64,000 nucleotides of DNA from Glaucostegus cemiculus. Lineage: Eukaryota. Below the pieces are notes generated by a model. That model saw only the letters and a list, made by a program, of their open reading frames with translations. It did no database searches and was not told where the DNA came from. How positions within the stretch are numbered: position 1 is the stretch's first letter; each line of letters opens with the position of its first letter. Both the position numbers and the translations under genes were made by a program. Shown here in pieces: positions 36,810 through 49,395 of the stretch. Location of the stretch: contig CDPCPM010000281.1 of NCBI GenBank assembly GCA_976551045.1, forward strand, positions 9,424,001 through 9,488,000. Direction: 5' to 3'.

Positions 36810-38030
36810 ATCCCATATCTAGAAATCCAGAGATCTTTATCGTGAATACACAGTGACTGAACCTCTACAGCTGTCCTCTGGAAAGATATACAAAGATTCA
36901 CTACCCTCTAGATGAGGAAATTTCTTCTCATGTCAGTCCTGAATGGACAACCCTTTCTTTTGAGACATTGAAACATTGAACCCAGATGTAGATCCTGGAA
37001 TTGGATTTGTCCTAGTGCAGGTTTTCAATCTGAAGCATTGACAATTCCTTTCTTCCCACAGATGCTGTTCAACCCACTGAGTTCCTCCAACAGATCGTAA
37101 CATCAGTTCTGTATCTGCCCTCTCAAGGCAAAACACCTGAAGAACTTTGTTCATTTCAATGACACCACCTTTCATTCTTCTAAACTCAAGAGAACACAGA
37201 TTGTCTGCTTAATTTCTCCTACTATGACAATCTCCCCATCCTAGGAATCAATCTGATGAACCTTTTACTACATTTCTTCTGACACAAGTACATCCTTACT
37301 TAGAAAGAAAAAACTGACTTACACATACTTCTTCAGATTCAGTCTCAGTGCAATTCCATATAATGAGAGCAAGAAACCCCTACACATATTCAAATCCTCT
37401 TACAATAAAGACATTATACCATTTGCCTTCCCCATAGCTCGCTGTACCAACACATTAACATACAGTGATTTGTGTACAAGGGCATGCAAGTCCTTATGCA
37501 CTTTCAACCTCTCATCATTGGAAAAAGATTCAGCCCTCCATTTTTTCTGCATTGTGTTCCACCTGTCATGTCTTTATCCCCCTCACAACCTACACCATTA
37601 CCTAATCTTGTATTGTCAGCAAACTGGCATCTATTACTATTTATCTCCTCATCCAAATCATTGATATAAATTGTAGACAGAGGGGGCCCCAGCATTAAAT
37701 CCTGCTTCCCACACCCTAAAAATGACCCATCAATTCTTCTTCTGTTTTTTGTCTATTAACCAATCCCCAATCAGTGCAGGTATATTACCCCCCAATGCCA
37801 TGAGATCTAATTTTGTTTAATAACTTCTTATGAGGTAACTTTGATAAGGCCTTCTAAAAGTTAAAAACCATCATATCAGCTTTTGAGTTTATATAGCCTC
37901 AAACAGATTTGTCTTAAAATGATTACCCTTTCATAAACCAATGTTGACTTTGCCCAGTCTTATAATTATTTTCCAAGTGTCCTGCATTGATTTCCTTAAT
38001 AACAGCATTTTCCCCAGTGCTGTTTAACAT
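36810..38030 (-). mobile_element. CR1 ORF2 relic
   Basis: Minus ORF LGPPLSTIYINDLDEEINSNRCQFADNTRLG (RT catalytic region, FADD decayed to FADN). Confidence 0.8.
37008..37097 (+). mobile_element. Penelope terminal-repeat fragment nested in CR1
   Basis: gacaattcctttcttcccacagatgctgttcaacccactgagttcctcc, closely matching 11161-11210. Confidence 0.65.
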
Positions 38031-38257
38031 GTTGCTGTCATAACTTACACCTACTGGACCTTAACATGATGCAGGTTGCTGTTTAACAATGCTGTCAGAT
38101 TGTTCCTCTGTTATGAATCCTTGAGATATTCTTCAACGTGAGAAACCTTGTCCACGTCCAAGCCTTTATACCTATGTACGTCTTTCATAGAAATGCACAC
38201 TATCCCTGAGTTAGTGTTGGTTTAGACCTGATATGCACAAAAGCACAATGTGGTGGC

Positions 38258-38402
38258 AGCTGAAAATCTGAAAATGGTCAGATAATGCTAGAAATACCCA
38301 ATGGGCTAACCAGTATCTGTGGAGAGGGACAATTAACTCAGTCTGTCAGTGCACAGATGCTGCCAGATTTACTGAGTGCTTCTTGAATTGTCTGGTTTTA
38401 CT
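38258..38402. mobile_element. Degraded Penelope-derived inverted element
   Basis: aatgctagaaata...cagtatctgtggagag and inverted cacagatgctgccaga...ctgagt. Confidence 0.5.
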
Positions 38403-38449
38403 CTGCTGGTGATGGTCTTTTACTAGAAATCTTAACCCTGCTGATTCAT

Positions 38450-39075
38450 TAACAACTTAAATTTATACTTATCTTTAAGACAGCAAACATCTCAAGGAGC
38501 ATTATCAATGAAAATACTGAACCACTTTAGGAACTTTTTGGGCAGAACTTGATCAAAGAGTAAGTTTTAAACAAGTGCCTCAACAAAGAGTTGAGAGGCT
38601 GAGCGAGGAAATTGCACAAGTTAGGGCTTTGGCAGCTGAAGGCACGTTCACCATAGGGTGACCAAATTCAGGGCATGAGCAAGAGTCCAGAATTGGAGGA
38701 GTTTGGATATCTCAGAGTATCCAAGGATGGAAAAGATAGAGACACACAGACAGACAGAGACAGAAACAGACCAAGCTTTCAAATCTGGATAGATTTGAAA
38801 ACTTGGTGAGAATTTTGAAATCAGGCGATGCTTAACTAGGATCCAGAGTAGGGCAGTGAGTGTGGGGGTGATGGGTGAACAGGAAGGTGAGAGACAGAAA
38901 GAACACAGGCAGTAGAGGTTTGAGGGATTTCAAGTTTACGAGGGGTAGAACCAGGGAAGCCAGGAAGGAGAACATCAAAACCATCAAGTCCAGATGTAGC
39001 AAGTTTGGAAATATGGGAACAACAGATGTGCTGAGGCAGAAATGGACGTAGCAAGAAATCTAATATACATGTAGA
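38450..39075 (-). mobile_element. L2 LINE 3' fragment
   Basis: Minus ORF ATSGLDGFDVLLPGFPGSTPRKLEIPQTSTACVL resembles L2 TSRLDYSNALLAGLP.STL.KL.LIQNSAAR. Confidence 0.75.
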
Positions 39076-39924
39076 AAAGCAGTCATTTCCTGTTGTTTCC
39101 ATCATTGGAGAAGCAATTGATTTATAAACATCCGCCAATCTAGAGAGGAACTTCTATCTTCTACTTGACCTCCGGGTATATGTAAACAGAATTAGCTTCT
39201 AATTGACCTCTTTTGTAGCAATTAAACCTGGCGACCTTAAGAACTATCAACTTGCATTTATATAGTGCCTTTACCATTGGAGAAATGACCCAAGGCATTT
39301 GACCTACATAGGAGAGCATGGTCAGTTTTTTAAATAAGTTGGTGATGAAGCTGTGGAACAAATGAATAAAGGAGGAAGTGGAGATGTATACCTTGGGCTT
39401 TATTAATGGACTCTATGAAATACTTCTAAGAACAGGGCATTGATATGTAAATTTTTTAATAATGAGGATCTGGAATATTTATGATACTTTGATAAACACA
39501 GTTCAACATTGCTATTAGTTTCTAATTCATTGTTGACTACTAAGCTGAGGCAGCAGTAAAAGGAAATGGCTTTGAAAACTCGCATGGCTAATAATCAGTT
39601 ATAAAAACTGTTGTAGCAAGTAATATCTTTACACATACAACCATTAAGCTCAGGCAACTTATTATAACCAGATTTTCTAACCTTATCTAAAGGGCTATGT
39701 TCAGCATGTGAACATTCATCACAGAATTGTTTTGGATCATCGCATTGTGGATAGATGCTTTCAAAACTGCTTCTTAAATTAATGTTCAAGAAGTCAATAA
39801 AACTTGAGAAATTACATTATTTTCAAAAGAGAAGAAAACTGTGACTAGGAACCCCTCTTAAAAACACTGATTAACAAACGTTAGCGTGATTAATTTTTAA
39901 GGAAGGCTGTATCAGAAGCCCTGG

Positions 39925-41682
39925 ATGACTGGGGAGGTTCGCTGTCTGCTGCGTACTAGAGATGCAGCTTTCAGGGTGAGGGATGAGGAAGCTCTGAAGT
40001 CTGCAAGGAAAGACCTGTCTTGGGGTATTAAAAAGGCAAAACGACTATACGCAGAAAAGATAAACAATAATTTCACCAATGACAAGGATGCGAGGCGTCT
40101 GTGGAAGGGAATCCAGGTCCTCACTGACTACAAAGCTCCACCCCAGGTTTGTGATGGTGACTCATCCCTACCAGACCAGTTGAACGAATTTTATGCAAGG
40201 TTTGAGGCCATGAACCATACACCTGCCTCGAAAGCCCAGCCTTCGCCAGAAGAACAGGCTCTGAGACTTACCCCAGCCAGTGTGGGGAAAGCCCTTTCAC
40301 AGGTTAACCCTCGGAAGGCTGCGGGACCGGACAGCATACCAGGGCGGATACTCAGGGACTGTGCGGACCAGCTTAAAGATGTACTGGCTGACATCTTCAA
40401 CATCTCCCTACAGCAGGCTGTTGTTCCTAAGTGCCTAAAATCTGCCACCATCATACCTGTTCCCAAGAAGTCTCCTCCAAAGTGTCTGAATGACTACCGT
40501 CCTATAGCCCTAACACCGATTGTCATGAAATGCTTTGAGAGGCTAGTTATGAAGCACATTAGAGCCTCCCTCCCCCCATCCTTGGATCCTCATCAGTATG
40601 CTTATCGGGCAAACAGGTCCACCGATGATGCAGTCTCCTCTGCCATGCACTCTGCACTACATCACTTAGAGAAGAAGGACTCATACTGCCGGCTGCTATT
40701 CATTGACTTCAGCTCCGCTTTCAATACCATCATCCCACAACAGCTTATCAGGAAGTTGAGCGCTCTGGGCATCAACACTCCTCTCTGCAACTGGATACTG
40801 GATTTTCTAACTGGCAGGCCACAGTCAGTCAAAATTGGTGAAAACACCTCAAGCACCATCACACTGAGCACTGGCTCCCCTCAGGGTTGTGTGCTCAGTC
40901 CGCTCCTGTTCACCTTGTTGACCCACGACTGTGAGGCCAGATTCAGCTCCAACCGCATTGTTAAATTTGCCGATGACACGACAGTGGTGGGTCTTGTTAC
41001 GAATGACGATGAGTCGGACTATAGAGAGGAGGTGAACCAACTAGCTGTGTGGTGCCATGACAACAACCTCTCCTTGAACGTGGATAAAACCAAGGAGATG
41101 ATAGTGGATTTTAGGAGGGGTCATCGTGTGCACGCTCCGCTGACCATCAACGGGTCTGCTGTGGAACAAGTACGCAGCACCAAGTTCCTGGGGGTGCACA
41201 TCACCGACGACCTGACCTGGTCCACTAACATTACGGCCCTCACGAAGAAGGCTCAGAAACGCCTCTACTTCCTGCGGAGACTGAGGAAAGCGTACCCACA
41301 CCCCTCAGTCATGAAATCCTTCTACAGGGGGACCATTGAGAGCATCCTAACTCAATGTATCTCTGTTTGGTTTGGAAGCTGCTCAGCTGCTGGGCGGAAG
41401 TCCCTCCAGAAGATAGTTAAGGCTGCGGAGTGGATCATAGGTGTCTCGCTTCCATCCCTCGCAGACATATACAAAGACCGTTGTGTGAGGAAGACAAAAA
41501 GCATAATGGCCGACCCCTCTCACCCCTCCCACCACCTCTTCACAATTTTGCCATCAGGGAGGAGGCTTAAATGTATCAGGGCAAGAACGTCCAGGCTGAA
41601 CAATAGCTTCTTTCCGCAAGCCATAAGAACTGCAAACTCTCTCATCCCTCCATCTTCCTTTGTTAACACTAGGAGATGCTAG
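39925..41682 (+). CDS. Rex1/Babar-type reverse transcriptase, lacking the N-terminal APE endonuclease (585 aa)
   Basis: [19 protein letters not shown]...[61 protein letters not shown]; no stops or frameshifts. The start is an internal Met exposed by truncation. Confidence 0.9.
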   Translation: MTGEVRCLLRTRDAAFRVRDEEALKSARKDLSWGIKKAKRLYAEKINNNFTNDKDARRLWKGIQVLTDYKAPPQVCDGDSSLPDQLNEFYARFEAMNHTPASKAQPSPEEQALRLTPASVGKALSQVNPRKAAGPDSIPGRILRDCADQLKDVLADIFNISLQQAVVPKCLKSATIIPVPKKSPPKCLNDYRPIALTPIVMKCFERLVMKHIRASLPPSLDPHQYAYRANRSTDDAVSSAMHSALHHLEKKDSYCRLLFIDFSSAFNTIIPQQLIRKLSALGINTPLCNWILDFLTGRPQSVKIGENTSSTITLSTGSPQGCVLSPLLFTLLTHDCEARFSSNRIVKFADDTTVVGLVTNDDESDYREEVNQLAVWCHDNNLSLNVDKTKEMIVDFRRGHRVHAPLTINGSAVEQVRSTKFLGVHITDDLTWSTNITALTKKAQKRLYFLRRLRKAYPHPSVMKSFYRGTIESILTQCISVWFGSCSAAGRKSLQKIVKAAEWIIGVSLPSLADIYKDRCVRKTKSIMADPSHPSHHLFTILPSGRRLKCIRARTSRLNNSFFPQAIRTANSLIPPSSFVNTRRC

Positions 41683-41909
41683 GTGCACAGAAATGCACCA
41701 GCACTTTAAATGCCTGACACCAGCCCGTTCACTTTAAGATCTATTTATGTAAGAACTAATGAGTAATGTTTTGTACTGTGTATTCTGCCAAGTGTGTATG
41801 TGTCTCTCTGTTGGTTGTTATGTTATTCTTTTCTATGAGACGTGTTCCTGTGGAGGACGGTATCTCGCTCCTATGCGTACCATGTATGTATATGGTTGTG
41901 ACAATAAAA

Positions 41910-41933
41910 CTGATTCTGATTCTGATTCTGATT
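41910..41933 (+). repeat. (CTGATT)4 microsatellite tail of the Rex1 copy
   Basis: Directly follows AATAAAA. Confidence 0.9.
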
Positions 41934-42789
41934 TTGCTTGTTAAATCCTTGTTAATTTGATCAGTGTGGAACACCTGAATATTGAACCAGGTCCTTTTCC
42001 TAACAACCAAAGCTGATATTTTATATTCACCATTTTTGATATGAGGAAATAAGGTTCTGACCTCAATGACCAGGACATTTCAGTGGTTTGATCAAACTTC
42101 TTGATAGTTACGAAAGCAACAGTTATAGAAACACTGAGACTCACTCAGAGCACTGCTGGCATCGACTAGTTGAGCCAAATGGCCTGTTCCTAAGCTGCAG
42201 CCAGTGTAACCAATGATGCAACTACTCAGTAATTAATGCAGAAGCTGAGTTCCATCTTCCTGTTGTAACATTTTCGTGTTTCAGCAATCTTCGTGTGTAT
42301 CTGAAGTTCTTGTACAAACAAATGGCAATTTTGTGAACTGTATCATTCTATGATAAATGACTCAATGGAATTTGTGTCTTTGCATTACATGTCAATCATT
42401 AAATCATCAAGCTTGTGGCTTTATGAAGCATGTGTTATAGGAATCATTAGTGAAATAGTTCATAATTATCAAAGTATTTCAAACTGCGAATGAAATGATA
42501 GTAAAGTGTTGAAATACAGGGAAGTTTCTCTTGCTGTACCTTTCCAACACACTGCTCTTGTTGAGGAAAAGTATGACCATTTTGCTAAACCACCAACATC
42601 CAATATTTATTATGATAAAGGCCACTTAAAAACAGCTTGTAAATCAACTTTAGATGAGCAGTTACTAAGTAATAGCCAAGCAAGAACTGATACCTGTCTG
42701 TGGCCCTGATGAAGGAAAAGATAAATCATCTGAAAGATTTTGGAATATATTTATACCTTGTGTTCTATATTAATGCAGCATTTCTTAAA

Positions 42790-42950
42790 ATAGATTACTT
42801 GTTCATTATCACATTACAGTTTGTGGAAGCTTGCTGTGCATCTATTGACCACCACATTTTGCGAATTATGACAGTGAATACATTCAAACCTAGTTTGTTG
42901 TCTAAAAAGTGCTTTGGGATTTTCTGAAAGGGATATAAATGAACAGAATT
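42790..42950 (+). mobile_element. DeuSINE 3' part
   Basis: cattatcacattacagtttgtggaagcttgctgtgc...aagtgctttggga...atataaatg. Confidence 0.65.
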
Positions 42951-43959
42951 GAACATAGAAATTTGAGGTTGACATTGTCCTTATAAATATATACACATGA
43001 AATATACATCCTCCTGCCACTTGATTTAGTAGCATAATTTCATACTATACAAAAATTTGCTGGATTAAGATTTACACTGCATCAAGAGCAATATTGTTTT
43101 GTAATAAAATTTCACTTGTGTCCAACTACATTTAGTGGAAGTTTGCTGTTGAGTAATAATGATGGTCAAAGTACTCTGTGAAGTGTTTGGAAATATATTA
43201 ATATATCTTTTATTTGATCTCCACAGGTTTTCTGAGTTGCATATAATTCTTTGTCATGAGCTAGATGCAGTTTTTAAAGTTATGTATTAAATAATTCATA
43301 TTTTGTTTGCTAATCTTACAAATCCTGTCTGTTATCTAACGTTCTGGGTTCAGGAATAATGGTTATTTCCAGAGCAGTTCTACTTAAATGGAAGCTGCTT
43401 CATGCATTTCTCTACCTACTTGTACAGTACTGTAAACACTGGAGTGTAATAATGGTATGACTTTGTGACTTGAACAGGATATTTGCATCTTTCGTGTGTA
43501 TAACTTTATTTTGGCAAACTGAGTAAACACTCAGTGAGACAGCACTGTATGCAAGCTTTATTTCATGGTGAGATAAGTGTATAAAACAGCAGTTATCATC
43601 AGCTCACTTAATTCAATCACCACAATTTATCTTTGCTGTAATAAAGAAATGAAGAAAACATTCTGTTTCCCTGCATCAGTGGGTTGTCTTAGTTGATTTA
43701 AGTAAGATGACTGTTAAATACTCAGCACTTTTTGGCCTTGGCTATCCAGTTCCTTCACAGTACCCAATTGGTGACTGCCCTTGAACAAAGGCCAATGCAT
43801 CTAACCTTTGTGTTAGGCATTTTTTAACTGTAAGAAATTGACTGTCATTTGCAGCCTTATGGGCAAAGACTTGTGAATACTAACTCATTGCCATCTTAAC
43901 ACTCTATCAGCTCACAGCTTTTGTTCACACTTTTGATTAAATATACTGAACTTTTAAGA

Positions 43960-44178
43960 GTAAAACCATAAATTCTCTGCATTCTCAGTGGGTCAGACAG
44001 CCTCCAAGGAGAGAGAAGTAGTGTTAATGTTTCAAGTCAATGACCATCAGAATTAATGTTTCTGGTCGTTAGTTCAGGAATTAATTCAGTTCCTTCCTCC
44101 ACAGATGCTACTTGACCTGCTGAGTAACCCCAATATTTTCTTTTATTTCAGATTTCCAGCATCTGAAGTAGTTGCTTG
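43960..44178. mobile_element. Penelope-derived inverted-repeat element
   Basis: ctcagtgggtcagacagc...gttaatgtttcaagtcaatgacc and inverted ccacagatgctacttgacctgctgagt...cagatttccagcatctg. Confidence 0.7.
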
Positions 44179-44419
44179 AACATTAAGAGTAATTCTTTTT
44201 TGAATAATGGTCAAATAAATCCTGAAATCTAACTGATGTTTATATTGTTTAAGTTGTTCCTTATTAATGCAGTTGAAGGGTAATGAGACTTTGCAGCTGG
44301 TTAGAGCAGTAGATCTATGCTTGTCAGTTCATTGAGATTTATGCTTCATTTATTTTTTAAGTGTGTTATTAGGAATACAATATACTATTTTTTGCTTCAC
44401 CTAATCAAACTATCACCCA

Positions 44420-44745
44420 CAGCAGCAATTTGTATTTTTATAAACATTGTATAAAATAACATCTCAAAGCTTTTCACAGGTTTGTTATCCAACAAAATTT
44501 GGCAGCAAGCGATATAAGAAAATGTTCAGGCAAATGCCAAAAGATTAGTCAAAGAGAAAGATTTTAAAATGTAGATGAGTGGACAGGAAAGGCAGAAATG
44601 CTTTGAAATGGATTCCAGTGCTTAGGGGCAATGCAGCTAAAGGCACAGCCTGCAGTGTTCCATCCCAGGCAACATCTTGGTGAATGTACTCTGCACCATC
44701 CCCAGTTCTATCAAGTCTTTCCTGGAAGTGTGGTGACAATGGACA
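44420..44745 (-). mobile_element. L2 3' fragment fused to a short CR1 fragment
   Basis: Reversed L2 tail, then catcccaggcaacatcttggtgaatgtactctgcacc (CR1 minus). Confidence 0.5.
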
Positions 44746-46699
44746 ACATAGTGGGAAGTTGCTTTTGATGATATTCTGCTGAACAAAACACTCAATCACA
44801 ATTCTATGATAGTCCTCTACAAATTCGCTGGATGTTGAAGTAAATATAGGCAATTACCTAACTGTATATGGTCTCTGCATGTGATCCAATGTGATCCAAA
44901 TTCTGCCAAAATCAAAGTTACATCACCTCGCCTTTAGTGTGCTGTCTGTTTTTTTCTATGTGATGTGCTGGGTGAAAGCTGGTGGTGAGATTTGTCATGT
45001 TGCGTTACATTATAGGAGGAAAGATTTGGTCTGAACTTAGCTCCCTTCAGTGTTTCAGTGGTTTTCCACATCTTATCTGGAGAATGGAACCAACTACCTC
45101 TTGTGATTAAACCCTTGCCTATTTTCTTTTTTCATGGGCCAGCTTTAGTTGCATTAATTTTTTTGAGGCAGGAGTTAAACCCATAAAATAAATTCCTGAA
45201 TGCATGCTCAGTTGCTGAGAGCACATAGTGGAAATGACAATGCTTCCCTCCATGAGTTTTCTGTCCAATTAAGTAGACAAGTATTGGCAATGCCTTCTCA
45301 GTTACCCACTGTGTGCTGCTAGTGGTCAAATCCCTTTGCCAGGAGCTCGTTTGTAAAATTTAATCTCGTATGCCCACCTTGATCTTTTATTTTAACATGA
45401 CTTCATAAACCTTTCTCTGTCCTCTAATGGTCTGCATTTATGAAGAAGAATTTTCAGATTTCCATCTCACCATTTCTCAGTTAGAATTTTAAGTATTCCC
45501 CAAATATTCTTTACAGTAATGACCTAACCTTGTATCTACCCCTCCAGTTTATTTATATGTAATTTATTGTATTTATTTCTGGAAATCTTCTAATTGCATA
45601 CCTGCAGTTCAAATTTCAGAAGGCTGCATCGGAGCAAACTAGCTTTGTGAATCCAAGCCATTGTAAATTGGTAGGCAAAAAACTGCCCTCTTGATTTGTA
45701 GCTGAAAATATAGATTAAAATTTGCCATTTATTTGGTGACAGAAAGCTTTGTTAATATGCCGCAATCTATAAAACAAATTCAGTACAGACAAGGTTAAAG
45801 TCAAACCCCTAATTACAGAATGAAAGGTTGTCCTAATTGGCTCTCTTCACTGTAATTAGCATGGATGATTCTAATCAGCTCATGTGAAACCAATCTAATG
45901 CTTTGGAAATAATGTCTTCAGTTTTGCTTTCCAACTACACTGTTTTGTGAGGTATCTTTAATGACAGTCATTAAACTATTGCAGTACCAGAGATGTACTA
46001 TTCTGTTGTTCTTTGAATACTAAGTACTTTTTCTCTGACCATGGTGCACTATTATGAGAGATGTTTAGAGAGTTAGTTACCAGCATTTCAGAAGGTGTGG
46101 GACAATGGCTCATTCCTTGAGATAAAATGTGGGATATAATGAGGTTATGGCTAATATGGTAGTATGTTTGGGTATCCTAGCCAGATACCTTAATCTTTCT
46201 TATTGGACTAATGCAATGTATTTTGAGATGTTGTAAAGTAGGGTTGAATAATAGTCATTTGAAGGGTCACAAAGGTGAGACTTTTTAAACATTCTTTGCT
46301 GATATTTTCCTTCAATCTAACTTGTGCATTATTGATTTCTTGAGATATGATTATTTATTCATATTTTGATTATATATTATATAAAATAAGATGTTTCACA
46401 TACCAATTTTAAATTCAGCATGATAATAATGTTGAACAATTAAAACTATCTGCACTATTTGGGTATTAATTATTCACTAACTGAAAGAAAGTTCCTTTAA
46501 TCAATCTGCAAATGCATTGGTATTTCCAATCGAACCATTAAGAAGTACTCCAAAAGAAGTAATGTTGCTATTTTGTATTATACCTACAGAAAGATCCTTA
46601 GAAACAATTACCTGGTCATAACACTTAGTGGCCAGAGGAATTCTTATATTAGAATGTTAATGCAAGACCACAATTACCCCATTCCAGTTTGTATTAGCG

Positions 46700-46995
46700 A
46701 CTGTTGTGTCCCTCTTTCAGTTAATACAAGGCTGTGTTTGATCTCTGAGGTGGATGTTAAAGATCCTACGGCACGAGTTTGAAGAAAAACAGGGAATTAT
46801 TGTTGATTTCTTAGCAAATACTTATCCTGAAGCCAACATTACTGAAACAAATTATCTGGTTGTTTTCCTCTTGTAGTGAGCAGGAGCTTTCTATGCACAC
46901 TTACTCATTATACTATTGAAAGTTGGCTGTAAACCACTTTGAAACATCTCGAAAGGGGATGAAAAATGCCATGTAAATGCAAAGCTTTTTCTTTC
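46700..46995 (+). mobile_element. DeuSINE
   Basis: ggtggatgttaaagatcctacggcac...attatctggt...atgtaaatgcaaagc. Confidence 0.7.
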
Positions 46996-47199
46996 CATGT
47001 AAAAGGGCCACATAGAGCCAATTAATCACAGAACCAATTAACCAGAGAAACAATTAATTGCAAAGAAATCTTGTTGCGCCTTTCATACTACAAAAGAAAA
47101 TAATTATGAACATCAATTTCAGAGCACATTTGCTCGTTTACAGATATTTTTAAATTGCTGGTTCTGGCATCTTCCACAAATGTATAGTGATAAAAGAAT

Positions 47200-47560
47200 T
47201 GGTACATATTATGCAGTGCCTTTAACATAGTGAGATACTTCAGAGTGCGTTAAAGCCAATTTTGAAGTATAGTCTCTGCAGTAATAAAGGAAACATGGGA
47301 TCCAATAGAAAACAATGGTAAATTTCAATATGTTAATAACCAAATCACCTCAATTGTTTGCAGATTTGTTGACTGAGGGATAATTATTGACCAGAAGTTC
47401 CCTTTCTGCTTAAAATTGAACCACAAAAGTTTTAAAGAGGGTGGGCAGGATTTTTTTCCAAGATCTCATCTGAATGATGGCACCTTCAGAGATACAGCAC
47501 TCCCTTGGTGCTGCCCAAGCAACAAGCTAGATTGTTTGTGACAACTTTCTGCCTCTCTAG
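47200..47560 (-). mobile_element. DeuSINE
   Basis: tttgaagtatagtc...gactgagggataatt...tcatctgaatgatggcaccttc...cagcactccct. Confidence 0.65.
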
Positions 47561-47659
47561 CAAGAAGGAGTCACATTTCAAGCCGTGAAAACATCAGCAA
47601 CTGCAAAACTACTTTATTGCTTCCAATAATAGCACGTCCTGCAAACCCAGTCGTAACTG

Positions 47660-48400
47660 TGGTGGATTTTGGTATTAAATCTGCCTGCATGAACGCCAGT
47701 AAATTTGAGATTCTGTGCAGTCATGGAGTTTCCCATCTTGCTGGCTGACCTCCACTGCCTATGTGTAGATGCTGGGCTCAGCATGGAGTCCAGTGGTGTA
47801 GAAACAGCTGACTGGGATTCCCCAATATTTCCAATGGGCAAATCTGTTTTCTGATCCTGCACTAGCTGAATGATAGCTGCAGGACTGAAAGGAAGAAAAA
47901 AGAAAACAAGATTGTTTCCTCATTTAAAAAAAAATTGTTTCCTTCAATGTTTTTATTCATATGAATTGATTTTATTCTTTTAAAAAATTTGTAAAGCATT
48001 ACATTGTTTATTTATTATAGTTTTTAAATACTTTTGAATAATCAGGACATTCAGAAGCAGTGAGAAACCTTGACAGTTTAAAGTAGGGGCCATATTAGCA
48101 AATGTTTCTGAAGGATTTTTGTGAGTGGGGCTTGTTGTATTACCCTTGCATGAGGCCCTGCCATTACCAAAGACCTCACCATTTTCTCTAGGACCAACTC
48201 AGCAAGTAAATGTTGGCTTTACAGCTGTTGAACAGGTAAATTTGGAGCAGAGAGGATTGTGAGCTGTCATTGCAGAACCCATCAAGGAAAAGCTAAGCCC
48301 ATGCTTTCTTTTTTGACCACTAGTTTTTCCTGCGGAGAAATATAGGTTAGGAGACTGCTTCCGCCAATGATTTGACAATATGTATAAGTTCCACATTGGA
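47660..48400. mobile_element. Non-autonomous DNA element with Harbinger-like terminus
   Basis: Starts ggtggattttgg; homologous in inverse orientation to 5345-5737; AT-rich core. Confidence 0.4.
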
Positions 48401-48849
48401 TTCAGAGAGTAACAATCCTGCCAGTCTATATCTAGATTATTTTGACAAGTAAACAATTGCCATAATAAATTATTCCCTGCCACTAGATAGACATTTGGAG
48501 CTGTGAAGGAGTCAGCAGCTTGATTGCATAATTTGATTATAAAGAGAGATTGCATGGGACAATATTAGTCACAGAAAGGAAATCAATGAAAAATGGAAAG
48601 AGATATCTGCATTGTGCGCTGTATAATTGTTGAATTATAGTAGAGTTACTCAAATAATTCTTGTATTTGCTCTTCCTGGCATTTTTCTTCATATTCATTT
48701 CCTCAAGGAAACATCAATCACGGAAAGGTTGAATTAATCAGGCAAAGACCTATCTTTCAATGATCATTTGCACCACAACTGATGGTGTGTTAGTTATATG
48801 CTCACTAATTTTCATGCAGAAACTTCTTTCTCAAGATTGCACTGATATC

Positions 48850-49395
48850 AAAGGGAACTATCGATGCTAAGCTACATAAGGAAAGGTAAGGGATGATGAT
48901 AAAAGCTAGGTCAACGTGGAATGTTTCAAGGAGCTTCATCAAGGAGGAGAGGTGAAGAGGTTGTGGGAGGGAGTTACAGAACTCAAGGTCTAATCCAGTG
49001 ATTGTGAGTCAGTTAATTTCTGGAGTACACAATACAGAAGCAGAGTAGCATAGCTATTTCTGAAAGTTGTAGGCTGGAGGAGACAGAGAAAGCAAGGTTC
49101 ATGGCCATGAAGGAACTTAAAAGTTGTGGTGAGAATTTAGAAGCCAGGTGTTGATTAATTGCAAATTAATGTTGATCAACAAATATAGAGTTGTAAGGAA
49201 ACTAGATATTTTTGCAATTTAGGGCAAGGACAGCAGAGTTTTGGATGACTGCGGGATTTCTAACAATTGAAAAAAGAAGCCCAGCCAGGAGTCTGTTTTG
49301 ATTCGTCATGTTCAGAGGTAACTAAGGCACAGATGGAGATTTCAGCAGCAGATCAGCTGAGACAAGTCCAGAAGCATATAATGTTGCATTGGATA
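48850..49395 (-). mobile_element. L2 3' fragment
   Basis: ggccatgaaggaacttaaaa...gagaattt...cagcagagttttggatga...gaggtaactaaggcacagatgg, colinear with 38450-39075. Confidence 0.7.

Larger units (their letters stand above)
39911..41933 (+). mobile_element. Rex1/Babar LINE, 5'-truncated, young
   Basis: Begins at QKPWMT linker motif; uninterrupted RT ORF; about 250-bp 3' UTR with AATAAA (41903-41908) and (CTGATT)4 tail; sharp rise in GC and CpG versus the flanks. Confidence 0.93.

Noticed and set aside
40191-41301. Antisense ORFs within Rex1
   Set aside because: Shadows of the GC-richer RT coding strand; no recognisable motifs.
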